Of a DNA stretch of 64,000 nt, positions 60,950 to 64,000 are shown piece after piece; the first letter of the stretch is position 1; each line of letters starts with the position of its first letter. Source of the DNA: Tubiluchus corallicola (Eukaryota > Animalia > Priapulida); NCBI GenBank assembly GCA_030141605.1, contig JAQGDQ010002366.1:876660-940659 (forward strand), written 5' to 3'. The translations under genes and the position numbers were made by a program. The notes below the pieces were generated by a model. That model searched no databases. It was not told the DNA's origin and saw nothing but the letters and a program-made list of their open reading frames with translations.

Positions 60950-63900
60950 TAAACTTTACTGTTTTCACACACAGTTTTTTTTAGTGTTAACTGAGCTTAT
61001 AAAAATAATTCCTCAGAGAATTGCAGCACTTGTAAAATTCTACGGAACGTTTAGTTGGTTTTGTTTTTTTGTTTTTTTTTGTTGGCAGTGTAAGCTTACT
61101 AACATTAGTATTCAGAACTTCACTTGCTCCTTTTAAGAATAAATCTTGTATATACAATTTACTGTATATATTGTACATAAAAACATTCAAACATTTTAAC
61201 TGCGATCATACTCATGATTACGTTTTATGCCAAAGAAGCGAAAAATATGCTAAACCGTCTTGCCCACTGCCAAATTATTTAAATTGTTGTGTTCAGATAG
61301 TACACATGCTGTCAACTTTGCAATTTTGCCAAATTTTATTGTAAGTTTAATAAACCTGTAGCCAAATTAGAAATCACAAATCATAATTTTTCCAGTCCAG
61401 TGGTACATTTTAAAGAGAAATAATATGGATATGATGAAGCTTCCATATCTTTCTAATGTATAAAAACACTGCCAGTCAAAATTGTGAACTAGTCATCCTT
61501 ACAAAGGTCTAATGATAGTGCTGGAAAACTTACCTTAAGTTTTTTATTAATCAATCAGAGTATCAAATTAGATGTGGGCATGCATGCATGATAAGTATGC
61601 ATATTTGTTGAGTAGTTATTAATGAATAATGAATAGGTGATGCTTATGATTCAGATAAGTTTATACAATTCAATTAGACACGCTTTTTTGTGCAAGAACT
61701 CATTAAGGTCTTAGTGTATTCTTGAACTTATTTTGCAGATTCTTTTACATCTAATGCTATATGTATAACAAAGAGATTATACTTAAAATTTGAAATCATT
61801 GTAGACATACTTTATTTAACATTATACAGTCATTTATACCTAGCATTTGTGGTGCTATTTCAGAAAAATCATTTTGCTGTTTTTTTTCATAATTTTTTTC
61901 TACCACAGTTTATAACCCATATAGAAAACACTTCCTTGCAGCAACATGAAGTTAGATTATATGTTGTGCGTGTGGATTTTCACACTCAGATTTTTAGACT
62001 TTTCTATGTCATGCAGCTAAGGATGTAGCTTTTATTAAAAGTTACTGACATTAAATAATCTAATGATTTTCTGTTCTGATTGCACTGCCTGTTACGAAAT
62101 CACTGTTTTGCTTTGTTATTTAAAAATAGCTTTTTTTAAGATGAATGAGTCAAAACGTACGTTCCTTGGGATGTTTCTCATTTTATTTTGACTAGCCCTC
62201 TAGTCAGTGCAATTCCCACTTTAAAAATGTGTTTTTTGTTTTTATATCTGAGATGAATTCATGTCTTGAAAGCTTCCTGTGGACAACTTTGCACAGTTAA
62301 TTTACAGTTATCAAAACATTGTCATCTTTTTTCATCACTATTGTCAATATTGTCATCATCATCATCATCATCATCATCAATGAAACTGCTACCAAAGATT
62401 TGTGTATTAGGTCTCTTAACTGAGTTTTGGCTTCAAAGAAAACTTTGTACACGAGAGAGCTAATTGTAGTCAAGTATATTTGTTATATTTTAGGCAATCG
62501 TTTCGTTTAGATATTTTTTACTTTAACACTATTTAGTTAATAAATGAAGATTATTTATGTTACCCCTACATACCTTTCTTTATTTTGTACTATTATTGAT
62601 TTTGTGTCAATTACAGCAAGTACACGTCACTTATTTGCATTAAACTATTTAAGTTTATAAGTTTAATATCAGTTTTTGCTTTTACAAGCTCCTCCTTCTT
62701 AGCCTTACTACTGTTATGCACAGGAAAAGATGCAGCCCTTGTTTGCTACATTGTTGCTCACATGTGATCATGCACATGCAAATTAGTGTTGTCTTTTTGG
62801 AGTGCTTTATAATATAATAACAGTCTTGTATTAATGAATACGTACATTCCAATGTATTGTTTGTCTTCTACAGTCTACATTTTATTACTTGCTGAAATTA
62901 AGACCTATCAGTTATATTAGTGTGTCTGACACTTTTGTTGTGACATTTTTGTTTCCACAACTCATCGTATTGTATTTTTTGTTATTCTTCCCTGATTCGT
63001 TACTTCACAACCACCGTACACACAAAACAGAATCAGAAATTTTCTATATACTGCTAACAAAATTATAAAAATTTAATGGAATTTCAACTAGTCTGGCATG
63101 AAAAAATGAGATCATTTTACATAGGTTAGTTACATTGTGATTAATAACTTTGTGAACTCAACAAATGAGATCTGTTTGTGTAATAGGCCTATATGTTTAG
63201 CTCAATTATAATAATAGGTTGCACGTTTATGAATTCTTTTAAACTAATTATTATACATTATAATACTTTGATGCACAATCGTTTTTTCATTATGGTAATA
63301 ACTTGTGTAAAAGTGTGAAAGACTGAATGTTTGTATATACATGTAAGTGCAATACATGAACTTAAAAAGTAAAGAACTTTTGTTTACTTAATAAGTTAGT
63401 CAGTTAAAATGGGCAGTGACTGTCCATGTCATGATTGTGTTTAAGCTTTGAATGCATTATAGTCTTTCATGGTATACATACATGTATTAATTTATAGTAG
63501 TCAACTGTAACTATTTTCGAATGGTTAAATTACGTTGTTTCAATATAAAATGTTTTTGTGCAATATAAAAGGGCGTTCGAATCCCATGTGCAGAATACCT
63601 TTTTTCATCGTAAAGAATAGGTATCATTGAACGTTTAGTTCTACTACTCGTGTTATAGAAAATTTATTACCTATGGCTGTATCGTAACATTTTTTGAATG
63701 TCTGCGTGTTAATAAAGTAGTCTATATAAATTTGATAAATCATAACTTTTGATTAGTGCTACTTTACTATCTAAATCAGAGATCGTGAGCAGTATTTTCA
63801 AATGAATTTAACGTGAAAGAAGCTGTAACTCAGTAATTAATCATATTAATTACAGATTCTTTCATCATTAAAAGAATATAATAAAAAGGGTGTGGCGAGG

Positions 63901-64000
63901 AAGTCGTGAAAAGCTCACTTCTGATACCTTTCTAATGTCAAACATAGAACGTTACGCTGTCCAACAGCGCTTTGTAATGTCCCCCATCATTATTGCACAT

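Overview
AT-rich animal (invertebrate-type) nuclear DNA with spliceosomal introns. There is no sign of a prokaryotic locus or CRISPR array. Two divergently oriented genes can be assembled by hand from GT-AG sites with consistent phases. (1) A complete 4-exon minus-strand gene (6795->140) encodes a ~203-aa multi-pass membrane protein of a family I cannot name. (2) A plus-strand TMEM8/PGAP6-family gene has 11 recognised coding exons (37088-60289, ~760 codons: luminal domain, EGF-like domain, 7-TM CREST hydrolase); its signal-peptide exon was not located. The best new signal is at the end of the TMEM8 gene. The stop reads TGA-CAA-TTA, the CARYYA leaky-stop context, and is followed by 56 more in-frame sense codons with coding-like composition, a YxxL motif and a predicted stem. 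This is a strong candidate for programmed stop-codon readthrough. The second highlight is a young, 5'-truncated R2-like retrotransposon (RT plus restriction-like endonuclease, 33346-35520) that is not in rDNA, at a site partly resembling the 28S R2 target. The rest is MITEs (Merlin-, hAT-, Tigger- and Harbinger-like), a decayed RTE-type LINE, three copies of a tRNA-type SINE, minisatellites of 46, 31 and 38 bp (the last with nested higher-order structure) and microsatellites. All calls are by eye; no database searches were run.
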